From: the human T2T-CHM13v2.0 reference genome, Homo sapiens
Assembly (NCBI RefSeq): GCF_009914755.1
Contig: NC_060945.1
Reading direction: 5' to 3' (one strand)
Length of the DNA stretch: 64,000 nucleotides
The notes under the pieces: generated by a model
What the model saw: the letters and a program-made list of their open reading frames with translations, nothing else
What the model was told of the DNA's origin: nothing
The model's database searches: none
In this document: one piece after another, positions 48,426 to 63,067 of the stretch
Layout of the letters: each line of letters begins with the position of its first letter
Numbering within the stretch: position 1 is the stretch's first letter
Translations under genes and position numbers: made by a program

Positions 48426-49724
48426 ATACGATGACAAAATCACTTACCAATGCTTTTCTCAGAATGTATCCCCATTGTTAATTGATGCATGACTGTGTGT
48501 GTATAAGTATTTATCGCCAAAAGAAGAAATAGATTTCAAATTTCCATATTGTATCACTGAGGCAAGAAATATAAAGACGTCAGTCATATGACTTTTCACT
48601 TAAGGAAACAAAATGGACTCTTGAGTAGATAAATATGATGATTTTTTGGAACTCATCAACATCATTCTCATCATTCCTGATATTTATCAAGCACTTACTA
48701 TATGCAGACACTGACCTATCTATTCACATTTATTTAGCTTGGCCAAAATTTATCCCTGTATTTTTAAGAGAATGTTTCAACAAGGAAAAGATAAATATAT
48801 GACAATCTTTTACATCTTTACAAAAACCCTATAAACATTTCTACCTGGAAGAAGAATGTGACACTAACCCAAATTTAAGCAGCTGGTGCACATCCAAATT
48901 CAAGGCAACTGCACAAGCTATATATACTTTACATTAGAAATTAGAGACCAAATAAACAGAAGCAGGTGAACCAAAAGAACATTACAAGAGATTTTCAGAC
49001 ACCCATTAAACACAACAGCTCTGTTCTGAACAACTCCTGTGCGATAAGGGAAGAGCAAGAACTCACGTGGTATGAGAAATACTGCAATAAGAAGGCTCAA
49101 GTAAATCCCTTTTTGGGTCTATTTTTGCAAAATTAAGAATTAAAAAAAAGAAAATTTGAGACAGCACATAGAAAAAATCAAAAGCATAAAGGAAAAAAGC
49201 CTATAAGTTTTTAAGAGAATAGAAAATAACTTTAATGAATTAAGCTTATACCCAAATGCCATTTCTGAGTGTCTGTAGGACATGCCTTTTGAGAGAAAAT
49301 TGAGGCTGTCAGTCACCTCTTCCCTGTGTTAAGCCTAGGTGCCAATACTTGCCTGAGGTTTAAACACAGACTTGAAGGTTTTAGAGGTTTTAGTACCATT
49401 AAAACCAGATTTGAAGTTTTTAATACCACTAAAACAAAAGAAATTAGATTTTTCCCATCAACTATATGTCAAATCACAGATGTCTGTCTGTTCACTTTAT
49501 TTGCATATAGAAAAGAGTGCATAATGAGAAGAACTTCTCTTAAAATGCTATGCCTTTTTAGCCATTTCTTTACTATTTTTTATAATTTTATTATGCTCTT
49601 CTTCCCCACTTTATATTTTGTACACTCTAGTTAAAACAAGTACACAAATCTTATTATTTTATAAGAATATTGCAAATGGTTGTTGACAGCTTCAAGTACT
49701 TCAGTGTATGCATACATTTCATGG

Positions 49725-50024
49725 TTTTTTTTTTTTTTTTTTTGATGGAGTCTCACTCTGTCACCAGGCTGGAGTGCAGTGGTGGGATCTTGGCTCATCA
49801 CAACCTCCGTCTTCCGGGGTTCAAGCGATTCTCCTGCCTCAGCCTCCTAAGTAGTTGGGACTACAGGTGCGGGCCACCATACTCAGCTAATTTTTTTTTT
49901 CTTTTTGATAGAGACAGGGTTTCACCATGTTAGCCTGGATGGTCTCGATCTCTTGACCTCATGACCCGCCTGCCTTGGCCTCCCAAAGTGCTGGGATTAC
50001 AGGCGTGAACCACTGCACCTGGGT
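49725..50024 (-). mobile_element. AluS (Sc-like)
   Basis: Poly(T) followed by antisense Alu. Confidence 0.9.
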
Positions 50025-51024
50025 GCATAATTTCCATGTTAAGAAACTGGAGGAAAAGAAGTTTTCTTATCAATTCAAATGACTTTTAAAAGATTGTATC
50101 ATTTTTCTGTGACTTCGTCAATTTTATTTTCTCTCTTTTTTTCCCTCCTTGCTTCTTTCCTTCCTCTCTTTTTATATTTTTATTTATTTATTTTTCTATA
50201 TACTGTGCTTAACACAGATTTTTTAATGTTTATTAAATTCCTACTTTGTGTCAGGTGCTGTACTGGACACTAATGGTATATACTTTGCACCCAAAGACTT
50301 CACAGTCTTATCAAGAATTGCTAGAATACTTCTGTTTTAGTGTAGTTAGTGATCTACAGGGAAAACAGACAGAATAGAGGGGTTGGGACCATTAACTCTG
50401 TTCAAGGGTGCGGGGAGGAGGGAGCAGAGACGTTTTACAAAGGGAGAGTTATTGATCTGATTTTCTTCATTATATTATTTTGAGACTTGATAGATGTATC
50501 TTGTATGTGAATAATATTTCCGTTTCTGTTTCTTCTGTAAAAAGTTAAGTATATGGAACACTTCACTTCTTTTGGAAAGGTCACGTGTTCTAGAAAAGAT
50601 TTTTCAGTTGAGGTTCTACTCATTTACATTAGCACATTTTAGTCTGTGTAGCTTAGTTTCTGCATTCTAAATTGTCCTTATTAATCGTTCTTCTGTTTTG
50701 AAGCAATATAAAATCTATATGACCACACACAGATATTCACATATGAAAAGAGTTTATTACTAAGAAATATAGTTTAGCAGTTTCAGGAAATAACAAAGAA
50801 AATTATGCTAAACCTAATTTTAAAATCTAAATCTAAATTATGCTAAAATCTAATTTTAAAAGCATAATGAGTAGCTATTGTTTAACTCTTCCTGCTTATC
50901 TGTAAAACTTTTCTTTAGCATCATTTGAGAATTTTATCAATGCCTCTTTGTTCTTTGAAAAAAGGAAAAATTATGAGAGCTTATAAAACTCAAACCCTAA
51001 AGTGTCATTCACTACTTAGTTTAA

Positions 51025-51458
<434 letters not shown>

Positions 51459-52906
51459 TACTTATTCTCTTTAAAATGATTGTGTGTAAGTAATAGGAAA
51501 AGGCTTTTTGACTTCTTGTATTTTTTCCCTACTTTTCTAATTATTTTTGTTAAGGATGGTACATAATAGTGAAATGGTTGATGAGCAGAATCTTATCTTC
51601 CTAAGAAAAAACTTGTTTCCACTTCCTTTTCTTAGAGAAGAGGGAAATGCATATATTGAGAAGTAAAAATTACAAATGAAAAATAATTTAGTTTTTGTCC
51701 TATACTTATTTTTTGTAGACTACATTATATAGCTATATTTATATGTATACACACAAACATTCATACATTAGAGCAATCAATATATGCCTTTACTTATATT
51801 TTTACAAATTGTGATAGTCTTACAGTCTTGAATTATTATCTCAATTAGCACTTTGAATAATATATCATTTTTAATGTGAATCATTTGAGGAGTAGAAAAG
51901 TGCCATTTGAATGCAATATGTATTAAACCCAAAAGGTCTTTTTTCCTCATTCATTCTCTGGTAGATATTAATGTAAGTGTTAATATATAGGCTCAATGGT
52001 TCCCCAAGAAATCTAAAATAATTAAGAAAATAATCACAATGAAAAATGAATTTTTCTGATTAATAAATGAGTCAAAGACATAAATCATTCAAAAAAATTA
52101 GACAATCCAAGGCAAACATATATAAAATATTTTTAACAATACTTGAGTAAAATTGATTTAGCTATAACTCACAATAATGATGATGATAGTGGTGGTGGTA
52201 TAATAACTCACATTTACTCACTACTGGGGTTTTCAGGCACTACATTAAATACTTCCCATGTATTAGTTTATTTCTTCAAAAGCGCCCTCTGTAATATTTT
52301 CTATTAATCGTTGGAAGCTTAGAAATGTTAATTGACCTGCCTAAGGTCCCATAGCTAAGAAGCAGTTTATGTAGTCATTATAAACTGTCTACCAAATATT
52401 TCTGGTTCTCTTTCCAAGCACATGTTAGTATTGTACTTCCCTACCCACTTGAAGTTAGGTGTGTCTGTGTGACTTGCTTTAGTAAACTGTGAGCCAAGTG
52501 ACTTAAATTGGCCAATAAAATGAAAGCAGAGTATGACTTCCAGTTGGAAACTCTGAAGCCACTGAGTGCTTTGCCACGCTCCCTTTCTTTTCCTCTGTAA
52601 TGACAATGCTTATGTCAAAATCACTGGCTGCTCTATAAGCCTGAGTCTTGGAAGAATGACAGTGACAGCAGAGCTTACAACCATAATGGACAAGCAGATT
52701 CAAGATGCTGGCAGGTTCAGTGTCTGGGGAAGATTGATTTTCAGTTCATAGATAACTGTCTTCTAGCTGTGTCCTCACCTGTTTGAAGGGGCTGGGGGTC
52801 TCTCTTGGGCCTCTTTTATAAGAGTACTAATCCCACTAATTAGGGCTCTTCCCTCAATGACCTAATCACTTTACAAAGGTGGCTCCTCCTAATGCCATCA
52901 TCTTGG

Positions 52907-53460
52907 TGAGGCAGGAGAATAGAGTCTGGAGGCAGGAAACCTGAGACCAATTTATGCTGACTTCCTAGAATTAAATCTAAAGGAAACCCCAACTTTCCAT
53001 GCCCAAATAACAAAAGGATCAACGGCTACTCCTTTGGCAGCCCTCCCCTTTTGTGCTTTGCAGATAAAAAGTGGAAAGTACCTCTGATAGGTCCCCTCCT
53101 GTAACCAGTCAGTCTGGTGGTGGGCCTAGTCTAAATTTGCATAGGGATATAACTTTGTAACTTCACTTCAGCCTCTGATTGGTTGCCTTCCATAACCAAT
53201 CAGACTGGTCGGGGGCCACTCACCACGTAACCAATGGGAAACCTCTAGAGGGTATTAAAATCCCAGAAAATTCTGTGACCAGCACTCTGGAGCCGCTTGC
53301 TTGAGTCTGCTCCCACTCTGTGGAGTGTACTTTCTTTTCAGTAAATCTCTGCTTTCATTGCTTTATTCTTTCATTACTTTGTCTGCATATTTTGTCCAAT
53401 TTTTTGTTCAGAATGCCCAGAACCTGCACAATTGGTAGTCAAAACCCTCCGCCTGTAACA
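52907..53460 (+). mobile_element. ERV1 solo LTR (MER51-like) nested in an MLT1/MST LTR (~52700-53521)
   Basis: TGAGGCAGGAGAATAG...TGTAACA; the host MaLR sequence continues across it (TTGG/TTAG flanks). Confidence 0.72.
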
Positions 53461-54469
53461 TTAGGGGTTAGGATTTTAACATATAAATTTTGGAAGGGAC
53501 ACAAACATTAAGAACATAGCACTATTTTACTGAAAACTAAGAAAATCAAGTAAAAACTGTATACAATATAATAGCATTGTCATAACTTTCACATATATAA
53601 AAAGCAAGTAGTTTAAATACATAATGTAAGAAAAGCTCCCTTCACAACTATAAAAAATTATTAAAATCTTAAAAAGGAGCATGAAAAAATATATTAAAGA
53701 TTTGCTGAAAAATAATAAAGTTAAAATAAACAACTCGTGTGGGATGCAGAATGATTTGATCAAATGATGTCATACCTTACTGTGGAAGGCTGAGTCCATG
53801 GAAAACTCAACATTATAAAAATATTAGTTCTCCATAACTTATACACTTAACATGATCACAATAAAAATATTAACAGAATATTTTTTAGAGGGAACTCAGA
53901 ATAGCAAGTTTAAAATTTATGTGGAAGAACTAATTCAAAGGAGTTTAGCTTTTGCTTAGGATGTATAAAACTGTCAGAGAACACTGTTAGAAGAATCTGG
54001 ATGATCAACAAAATCATAACTTTTCTTGAACTGTTCATAAAGCTGCAGTCATAAGGAACTAACTACACTAAATTCCAAAGTATAACAAACCCTTCCAAGG
54101 CGAGAACTCACAATTTTTTTTTTCACCATTAGTAGGGCACTAAGAAGAGTTACCTACTGCAAAGGTGAGTAAGAAAAAAAAAAAAGCGAAGTATTAGCCA
54201 GCATGTCAGAGAGTCCAAACATGAGAAAGCTCTGCACTCACTCACAAGCTGGACGTTTTCCTCCCCTTGGTGATGCTAGGTACAAAGCTCTACCTACTTT
54301 CTAGAATTATCTCTTATTTGAAGCCAAAGTTAAAGGGGAAGAATCCACTAACTGTGGGTGTAAACTAAAACAAAACTATCTTCCTTGAGCATAGGAAGGG
54401 AAAACAAAGTGAAAGAAAACATTCCACTCCCGGAGGAAAGGGGAAGAGACCCAGGAAGAGGTGAGATTT

Positions 54470-54757
54470 CTGTTTGATTCCAAAGACAGGGAAAAGCCAA
54501 TGTGTTAGTTCAAAGGTAGTCAGGTAGGAAGAATTCTTTCTTACTAGGGAGAGGGCCCACCTTTTGTTCTATTTAAGCCTCTGATTGATTGGACAAGGCT
54601 CACTCACATAATGGAGTTCAATCTGCTTTACTCACTCCATTGATTTAAATGTTAATCTCATGTAAAATATCCTCTCAGAAACACTCAGAATAATGTTTGA
54701 GCCCAGATCTGGGCACCCTGTGACCCAATCAAGTTCATAGATAAAATTAACCATCAC
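54470..54757 (-). mobile_element. MLT2 LTR fragment, followed by (TG)n and an antisense Alu half (~54800-54950)
   Basis: ...ATAAAATTAACCATCAC end; GACAGGGTCTTGCTCTGTCACCCAG. Confidence 0.75.
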
Positions 54758-54802
54758 TATGTGCTTTTGCGTGTGTGTGTGCGTGTGTGTGTGTGTGTGT
54801 GA

Positions 54803-54958
<156 letters not shown>

Positions 54959-57308
54959 TAATATCAAAGAATCAAAGAATGTTAAAATATAAGCAATTTC
55001 AGATACATTAGAATACAGGTATATGATTTAGTGCTATGTTGCATAAAAATGCCCTGAGAAGAAACTTTAAAGTCCTGGTAAATTTTTATGATATACTTTT
55101 AACTTATTAAAATGTTTACAGAGCATTATGTTTTATATGCCTTTTTAAACTATGTAAAAATGCATGAAAGACATGCAGATATGTATATGTGAATGAATGT
55201 CTGCATAATATATATATATTGTGTGTATATATGTGTCAAACAAACCAATTTTCTTGTTATACTGGTAAAATGGTGTATTTCTATTAAAATGATAATTATA
55301 TTTTATAGAAATACATAGAAAATACTACAGAAAATGCTAAGTCAAAAGAAAGGGATACAATAAAGAATAAAGAAACATACGGCATGTTTCATGTAGTCCA
55401 TCTTCCACAAATTTCAAAAATGACATTTTTGTTGTATGAGTTTGTTTGCCCCTTTGGCGCTTCAAACAAAGCTTCCTAGTCATTTAGAAGATAAAATTCA
55501 AACTCCTGTTGTGCCCTGGGACAACCTGTCTAGGGTCAACTCTCAGAAGCCCTTCTTGCCCTGTGAATTCTCATGGTACCTAACTCTGTTGTTTTCTGCA
55601 CACACAATGCTGCTTTATATCTCTGTACTTTTACCTAGTCTATATTCCCTTCCTAGATCGATCTTGAAACATCCTTTACACTCTTGTGAACCTGAAAAGC
55701 ATTTATTATTTTTAGTACTCTGCTCTTCTGGTGACATCATGTTGACGAAATCCCACATGGTGTCAGTTTTCTCCTGAGAAACAAACAGGCTGAGGTAGGA
55801 ACATCTTCCTTTCTTCTATTTTTATTGCTATATATATAGTTATTTTATTACCTTTTATACGTATAAAATTTCTGTAATTGTTTGGTTACTGATACAGTTT
55901 TCACACAGGAGTGTAAACTTCTCAAGGACAGTAGTTGTATCTTATCACCACCTGTAACTAAAAAAAAAATTCTCAGGCACTCAACCAACAAATATTTATT
56001 TCAAATTAATTGAAGTGAAAACTATTAAGATCAATATGGAAATAATGTTTGTCTATGATGGAATTCTGAGGAAAGCATACTTCCTTAAGTAAATTTTACG
56101 GTGAAGGAATTATTAGGAAGCAGATTTCTTAATGTTGTCCTTTGCGTTTCTTAGTTTTAAGTAACAATTGTTAAGCCATATAATTGTTTTAGGTAAGAAA
56201 CTTTAATACAAGACTTGGCTAACTGGAGGTCTTTATTTAAATGTACAATACAGGATTCAAAAATTAGTAGACTTTTCTTTCCATTTCAGGCGGTATTTTG
56301 GACTAGATTGCCTTAAGATTCCTCCTATGGAAAAGAGCTAAAAGAGACAGAGAAAATATAACAACAAACTCTTTATGAGTGCATCTTGTAAACACACAAG
56401 AAAGTAAGGAATTTTTAGAGGGCAAAGAATCAACAGAGGAAAACAAAACTTAGATGTAAATTCTCCTTGAGGAAATTTTCTGTAGGGAGAAAGTTTGTTT
56501 TTAAGGACTGTCCATAAGTGGGGAACACGGGATCAACTCCATACAAGATGGATATTCACAGGCAATCACTTCTCTACATCCCATATATTTAACTCTCAGG
56601 AGAGGACAAGAAAAATAGTCCATCTTAGACTCTGATGCTGTATAGAGGAAAAAGAAAAATTTTCTTTGAGACTCTGTAACCATAAGCCATCTGATTTCAG
56701 TTTTATAGACAGAATTCATACTTCCTGGGTGGTCTCAGTTCTCAGCATACGCTCAGTGTAATGTGGTCCTGGTTACTAGTGTTCCTGGGACCTTGCAGGT
56801 CCAGACAAAAGCCCTCTCCCATGAAAACTACCACAGCTTGAGGCTCAAATAATATCCATAGAAATATGAGCTCACAGTAAAAACAAAAGTGAAACAAAGC
56901 AAAGCAAAATAAGCAAGCCTTGATGAGTGAGAGCCACCAGAAAAAAAAACAAATCACAGAATCAAATCTGAAAAAAGATGTTAAATGTTGGAATTATCAG
57001 ACACAACATATAAAACAATGATTTGAAAATAAGTTACGAGAGAGTCTGTAAAAATTGACTGAATACAAAATCCGAATATGATGGGTTTATTAGCAGATTA
57101 GACAAAGATGAAGAGCAAATTAGTGAACTGGAAAGAGATATGGAGAAATTTCAAAGAATGTAAGAAAGTCCATGGGATGAAAGATAGAGAAGACATGTTA
57201 AGTAAAATGAAAGATAGAGTCAGGTTAAAAACAAGGAATTAATATGTAAACAGTAAATTTATCATAACGGTAAAAATTTAGGTGAACAAAGATAAAACGA
57301 AGACTTAA

Positions 57309-57850
<542 letters not shown>

Positions 57851-58109
57851 TTACAACCTCAGCCAGAAGTATAGACAGCTATGTTCAGTCAGATGATAAT
57901 TATTCTGAGAAATGATTTCTCCACAGCATCAGTGAAAGCTTGAGGAAAGTGGAATGATATATTTAATATCCTGAGAGAAAGTAACTGTCAGTGCAGAGTT
58001 GTATACTAGAAAAATCACAAGAATTAGGGCAAAATAATGACATTTTCAGATAAAACCTAACAGAGTTTGTCCACAATAGACTAAGGAAAACCTAAAATAT
58101 GTATTTCAG

Positions 58110-59118
58110 TGTAGGGTCCAGCCCTACAGGGCCTGTGGGTTTTTCTCTTCATGTGCGGAGAGGAGAGATCATAGAAATAAACACACAAGACAAAGAGATA
58201 GAAGAAAAGACAGTTGGGACCAGGGGACCACTACCACCAAGGCGTGGAGACCGGTAGTGGCTCCGAATGCCTGGCTGCGCTGTTATTTATTGCATACAAG
58301 GCAAGAAGGCAGGGTAAGGAGTGTGAGTCATCTCCAATGAGAGGTGAGATCACACGAGTCAGGTGTCCATTGGACTGGGGACACTTCCCTATTTGGTAGC
58401 CGAGGCAGAGAGAGACAGGGGACAGCTTATGTCATTATTTCTTCTATGTATTTCTTGGAGAGATCAAAGACTTTAATACTTTGACTAATTCTGCTACTGC
58501 TATCTAGAAGTTGGAGCCAGGTGTACATGTCGGAGCATGAAAGTGGACCAGGAGCATGACCGCTGAAGCACAGCATCACAGGGAAACGTTTAGGCCTCTG
58601 GATGGCTGTGGGCGGGCGGGCCTGACTGATGTCAGGCCTTCCACAAGAGGTGGTGGAGCAGAGCCTTCTCTGACTCCCCTGGGGAAAGGGAGACTCCCTT
58701 TCCCGATCTGCTAAGTAACAGGTGCCTTCCCAGGCACTGGTGCTACCACTAGACCAAGGTCTGCTAAATATACTTACGGGTGACTTCCCAGACACTGGTG
58801 GGAAGTCCTCTAGTGGCCCTGTCCGGGCGAGACAGAGGGCTCACACTCCTGTCTTCTGGTCACTTCTCACCGTGTCCCTTCAGCTCCTATCTCTGTATGG
58901 TCTGGTTTTTCCTAGGTTATAATTGTAGAACAAAGATTATTATAAAATTGGAATAAAGAGTAATGCTACTAACTAATGATTAATAATATTCATATATAAT
59001 CATATCTATAATTTATTTCTAGTATAACTATTCTTATTGTATGTATTTTCTTTATTATACTGGAACAGCTTGTGCCTTCGGTCTCTTGCCTCGGCATCTG
59101 GGTGGCTTGCCGCCCATA
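58110..59118 (-). mobile_element. LTR13 (HERV-K/HML-type) solo LTR, inserted in an old L1
   Basis: ~1.0 kb; minus strand starts T(A)TGGGCGGCAAGCCACCCAG; perfect 6-bp TSD TTTCAG. Confidence 0.82.
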
Positions 59119-59450
59119 TTTCAGGAAGAAAGAATATTATCTTAGACAGAAGTTTTTGTCAGGGGGTCAAGCAACAACTTCATTGTCTATATAATGATTC
59201 CAGAGTGTATAAAAAGAAAGAAAAAATTAGCTCTTTATATGAAAATAGCGTAAGTTTGTTAGCAAAAGTCCCCCAAAAAATGAATGAAGAAGGAGAAGAG
59301 ATATCAGGTCATTTCATTTGTGGCATTGATAGAAAAATGTTTAGTCAAATATTAGAGCAAACATAACTGAGCCATGTACAATAAAGAATATAAATACTTT
59401 TTGACCAGGTGGTTTAACTCAGAAGTGCAACAGAGATTCAACATAAAATC

Positions 59451-59590
59451 AGGCCAGGTGCAGTGGCTCATGCCTTTGATCCCAGCATTTGGGGAGGCCA
59501 AGGTGGGAAGATCGCTTGAGGCCAGAAGTATGAGACCAGCCTGGGGCAAGATAGCAAGACTCAGTCTTTATTTAAAAAGAAAAAAGAAAA
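59451..59590 (+). mobile_element. Alu monomer (FLAM-like)
   Basis: Left arm only with an A-rich tail. Confidence 0.8.
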
Positions 59591-59904
59591 ATCAATAAAT
59601 GCAAATAAATGCATTAATAATTTGAGGAGAAAAACTTGGCAATTGTAGGAAAAGATACCTAAAAATAGTAAGTTAAGAAAAAGAAATAAAAAGATGGCAC
59701 AAATAGAAAACAAAGCTAATCACTATGAGTAGATACATCAAAGGCAACTGTACTAAATATTCCGAAGACAAAGATTAAAGATTGTTAGATCAAAATAACA
59801 ATAATAATAATAAAGAACCACTTGTGTATACTCCTACATGGGACATAACTTTTTAAGAAGGATAAAATATAGATAGGTTGAAAATAGACACTGGAAAGGG
59901 TATA

Positions 59905-60436
59905 CGTATTAGGCTATTCTTGAGTTGCTATAAAGAAATACCTGAGACTGGGTAATTTATAAGAAAAGTGGCTTGATTGGGCTCACAGTCCTTTTATTTT
60001 TTTTTTTTTTGAGACGGAGTCTCGCTCTGTCGCCCAGTCTGGAGTGCAGTGGTGCAATCTCGGCTCACTGCAAGCTCTGCCTCGATTGGGCTCACAGTTC
60101 TACAGGAAGTATGCCACCGGCATTTGCTTCTGGGGAGACCTCAGGAAGCTTTTACTCAGGGCAGAAGGTGAAGCAGGAGCTTGCATGTCCCATGGCAAAA
60201 GCAGGAGTGAGAAAAAATTCGGGAGAGTGGGAGGAGGTGCTACATGCTCTTAAATGACCAGATCTTGTGTGAACTCAGAGTGAGAGCTCACTCATTATCA
60301 AAGGTATGGCCCAAGCCATTCATGAGGGATCTCCACCCCTATGACCCAAACACCTCCCATCAGGCCCCACCTCCAACACTGGAGATTACAGTTCAACTTG
60401 AGATTTGGGAGGGGACAAATATCTAAACTATATCAA
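59905..60436 (-). mobile_element. MST LTR containing a 5'-truncated Alu (59990-60083)
   Basis: GTATTAGGCTATTCTTG..GCTATAAAGAAATACCTGAGACTGGG; Alu flanked by TSD GATTGGGCTCACAGT. Confidence 0.85.
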
Positions 60437-61361
60437 CATATACTAAAACCTTAAGCAAATATGTGTATTGTGAATGTCTTGTCCTAATCTATGCAAACTT
60501 TTTGAAATGCTACATGATATCTTCCAAAAAAACAGAAGTTTTAAGTTCTAGTGCAGTATAATTTATCAACTTTTCCTTTCAGGCTTAGTATTTTCTGAAC
60601 TTTGTTTTAGGATTTTTGCCTAATTCCAAGTTACAAAGATTCTTTCCCTTTTTTATTTAGATGTTTATAATTTTACTTCTTACATGTAGAGCAATAATCC
60701 ATTTCAAATTAATATTTGGGCATGGGAAGTGAAGTAGAGATCAAATTTTATTTTATTTTTATATAGATACATAATTGTTTCAGTACTGTTCTAGTGATCA
60801 ATTTCTGCCAAAAACCAACCAAGCAAAAACAAACAAAACTATCCCAAAACTTAGAAGTTTAAAATAAATAAAGTGAGTAAATAAAATAAAATGGGTAAAA
60901 CACTCATTTTATTTTTTTCCATGATTCTTTGGGTCAGGAATTATGGAAAGGCTCAGCAAGGTGGTTCATCTCTGCTCTATATTATCTGCTAGGATGCCTG
61001 GCTTTGAAGGATCTACTTCCACAATGGCTTCTTCCCTGTTATGTCTGGTGCCCGGGCTTCTTGGTCCCTCTCTATTTCTTAATCTCCACATGGTGTCTCA
61101 TCCACTAGGGCTTCTCAATGTGGCTTGGGATTTTCACAGAACAGTGACCTCAGAGTAGTTGAACTTTTTACATAGCAGCTCATGGTTTCAAGAGACCAAG
61201 GTGGAAACTACCAGCCCACTTATGACAAGGTCCAGAAATAGCATTATAACCAATTCTACCATGCTATGTTGGTGAAAACAGTTACAAAACAGCTCAGATT
61301 CAAGGGAAGGGAAACTGACCACATCTCAATGGAAAAAAATGTGAACAAATTTATGGCCATC

Positions 61362-61606
61362 TTTTTTTTATTATTATGCTTTAAGTACTGGGGTACATGT
61401 GCAGAACGTGCAGGTTTGTTACATAGGTATACATGTGCCATGGTGGTTTGCTGCACCCATCAACCTGTCGTCCACATTAGGTATTTCTCGTAATGCTATC
61501 CCTCCCCTAGCCCCCCACCCCACAACAGGCCCCGGTGTATGATGCTTCCCTCCCTGTGTCCATGTGTTCTCATTGTTCACCTCCCACTTATGAGTGAGAA
61601 CATGTG
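61362..61606 (-). mobile_element. L1PA 3' end fragment
   Basis: GGTACATGTGCAGAACGTGCAGGTTTGTTACATAGGTATACATGTGCCATGGTGG. Confidence 0.9.
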
Positions 61607-62086
61607 TTCTTTAATTGGCCACAGCATCATATAGAGAGGACCATTCTTTCCCCCATTAAACTGCATCATAGTTATCATAATTTAAAGAAATATTGGCCTA
61701 TGAATCTATTTCTAAACTGTTTCATAAAATTAAACATGTACTTACCATAGGACCTAGTAATCCTACACCTCAGTATTTACACAATATAAATGAAAAGCTA
61801 TATTAACATAGAAACCCACCCCATGAATATTTACAGCAGCTTTATGCATAATTATCCAAAACTGGAAATGATTCTAATGTTCTTTCATCAGTGAATGGAT
61901 AAAGAAACTGTAGTGTAGTGATACAGTGAAACTTATTTAGCAAATAAAGGAAATAACTATTAATTTACACAACAACATAGATGAATCTTAAATACATTTT
62001 GCTAAGCAGAGGAAACCAAATTCAAAATGTCATATATTGCTTGATTCCATTCATAAAGTATTATATAAAAAGCAAAATTATAGGAT

Positions 62087-62570
62087 GTGTATTTGTCAGG
62101 GTTCTACCAAGAAACAGAAGCAATAACATACGTATAGAGATATATAAGAGATTTCTTACAGGAACTGGCTCATGCGAGTTTGGAGGCTGAAAACTACCTT
62201 AGTATTCTATCTGTGAGCTGGAGACTAGAAAGCCAGTGGTGTAATTCAGCCAGAATCCAAAGACCCAAGAACCAGGGGAGTTGAGAACAGGGAGGGGGGT
62301 TCCACTGGTGAGAACTGAATGTTCCACCTCTAAAAGAGAGAGAGAGAAAATTCGCTTTTCTTCTCCATTTTTGTTCTATCTAAGCCCTCAGCTGATTGGA
62401 TGGATGCCGGCCCACATGGGTAAGGGTGGATCTTCTTTACTGGGTCCACTGATTCAAATGACAATCTCCTCTACAAACACCCTCACTAACACACCCAGAA
62501 ATAATGTTTCATCACGGAAATGTCTGGGCATCCCTCAACCCAGTCACGTTCACACATAAAATTAACCAGT
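62087..62570 (-). mobile_element. MLT2 LTR within an old L1M fragment
   Basis: TGTATTTGTCAGGGTTCT ... CACACATAAAATTAACCA. Confidence 0.78.
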
Positions 62571-63009
62571 GCGGGATGAAAAAGAAGTCTAGTTGCTAGG
62601 TGTTGGGGTGAGGGGAGATGTTGACAGCAAAATGTCATCATAAAGGAATTTGGGGGCTGATGAAACTTTTCAAATCACAACTATAGTGGTAGGCCCATGA
62701 CTCCATTCATTTTTCAAAACCAATAAAACTGTATACCACAAAGAATGGGTAAGTTAAAGCTAAATTCAAAAAGAGCATCACATAAATACTGCATTGCAGT
62801 TAGTAGCTTTGTTTCTTATAGAGATATGGGTTAGTTATTCTGAAACTAATTTATGTGGACACCATGGTTGAAAACACAAGTAGATATATGTAGAAAATAA
62901 AAGCCAGGTTTCTTTCTTATTGTTTGAGAATAAAAGTTTCAAATAAGTAAAGGAGGAAGGTTAGAATGAACTCCGTGCTGCTAGACTGGAGTTGGAAATA
63001 TCTGTATAA

Positions 63010-63011
<2 letters not shown>

Positions 63012-63054
<43 letters not shown>

Positions 63055-63067
63055 CGCACGCACGCAC
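63012..63067. repeat. (TG)n(CG)n(CACG)n alternating purine-pyrimidine tract
   Basis: Read directly. Confidence 0.95.
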
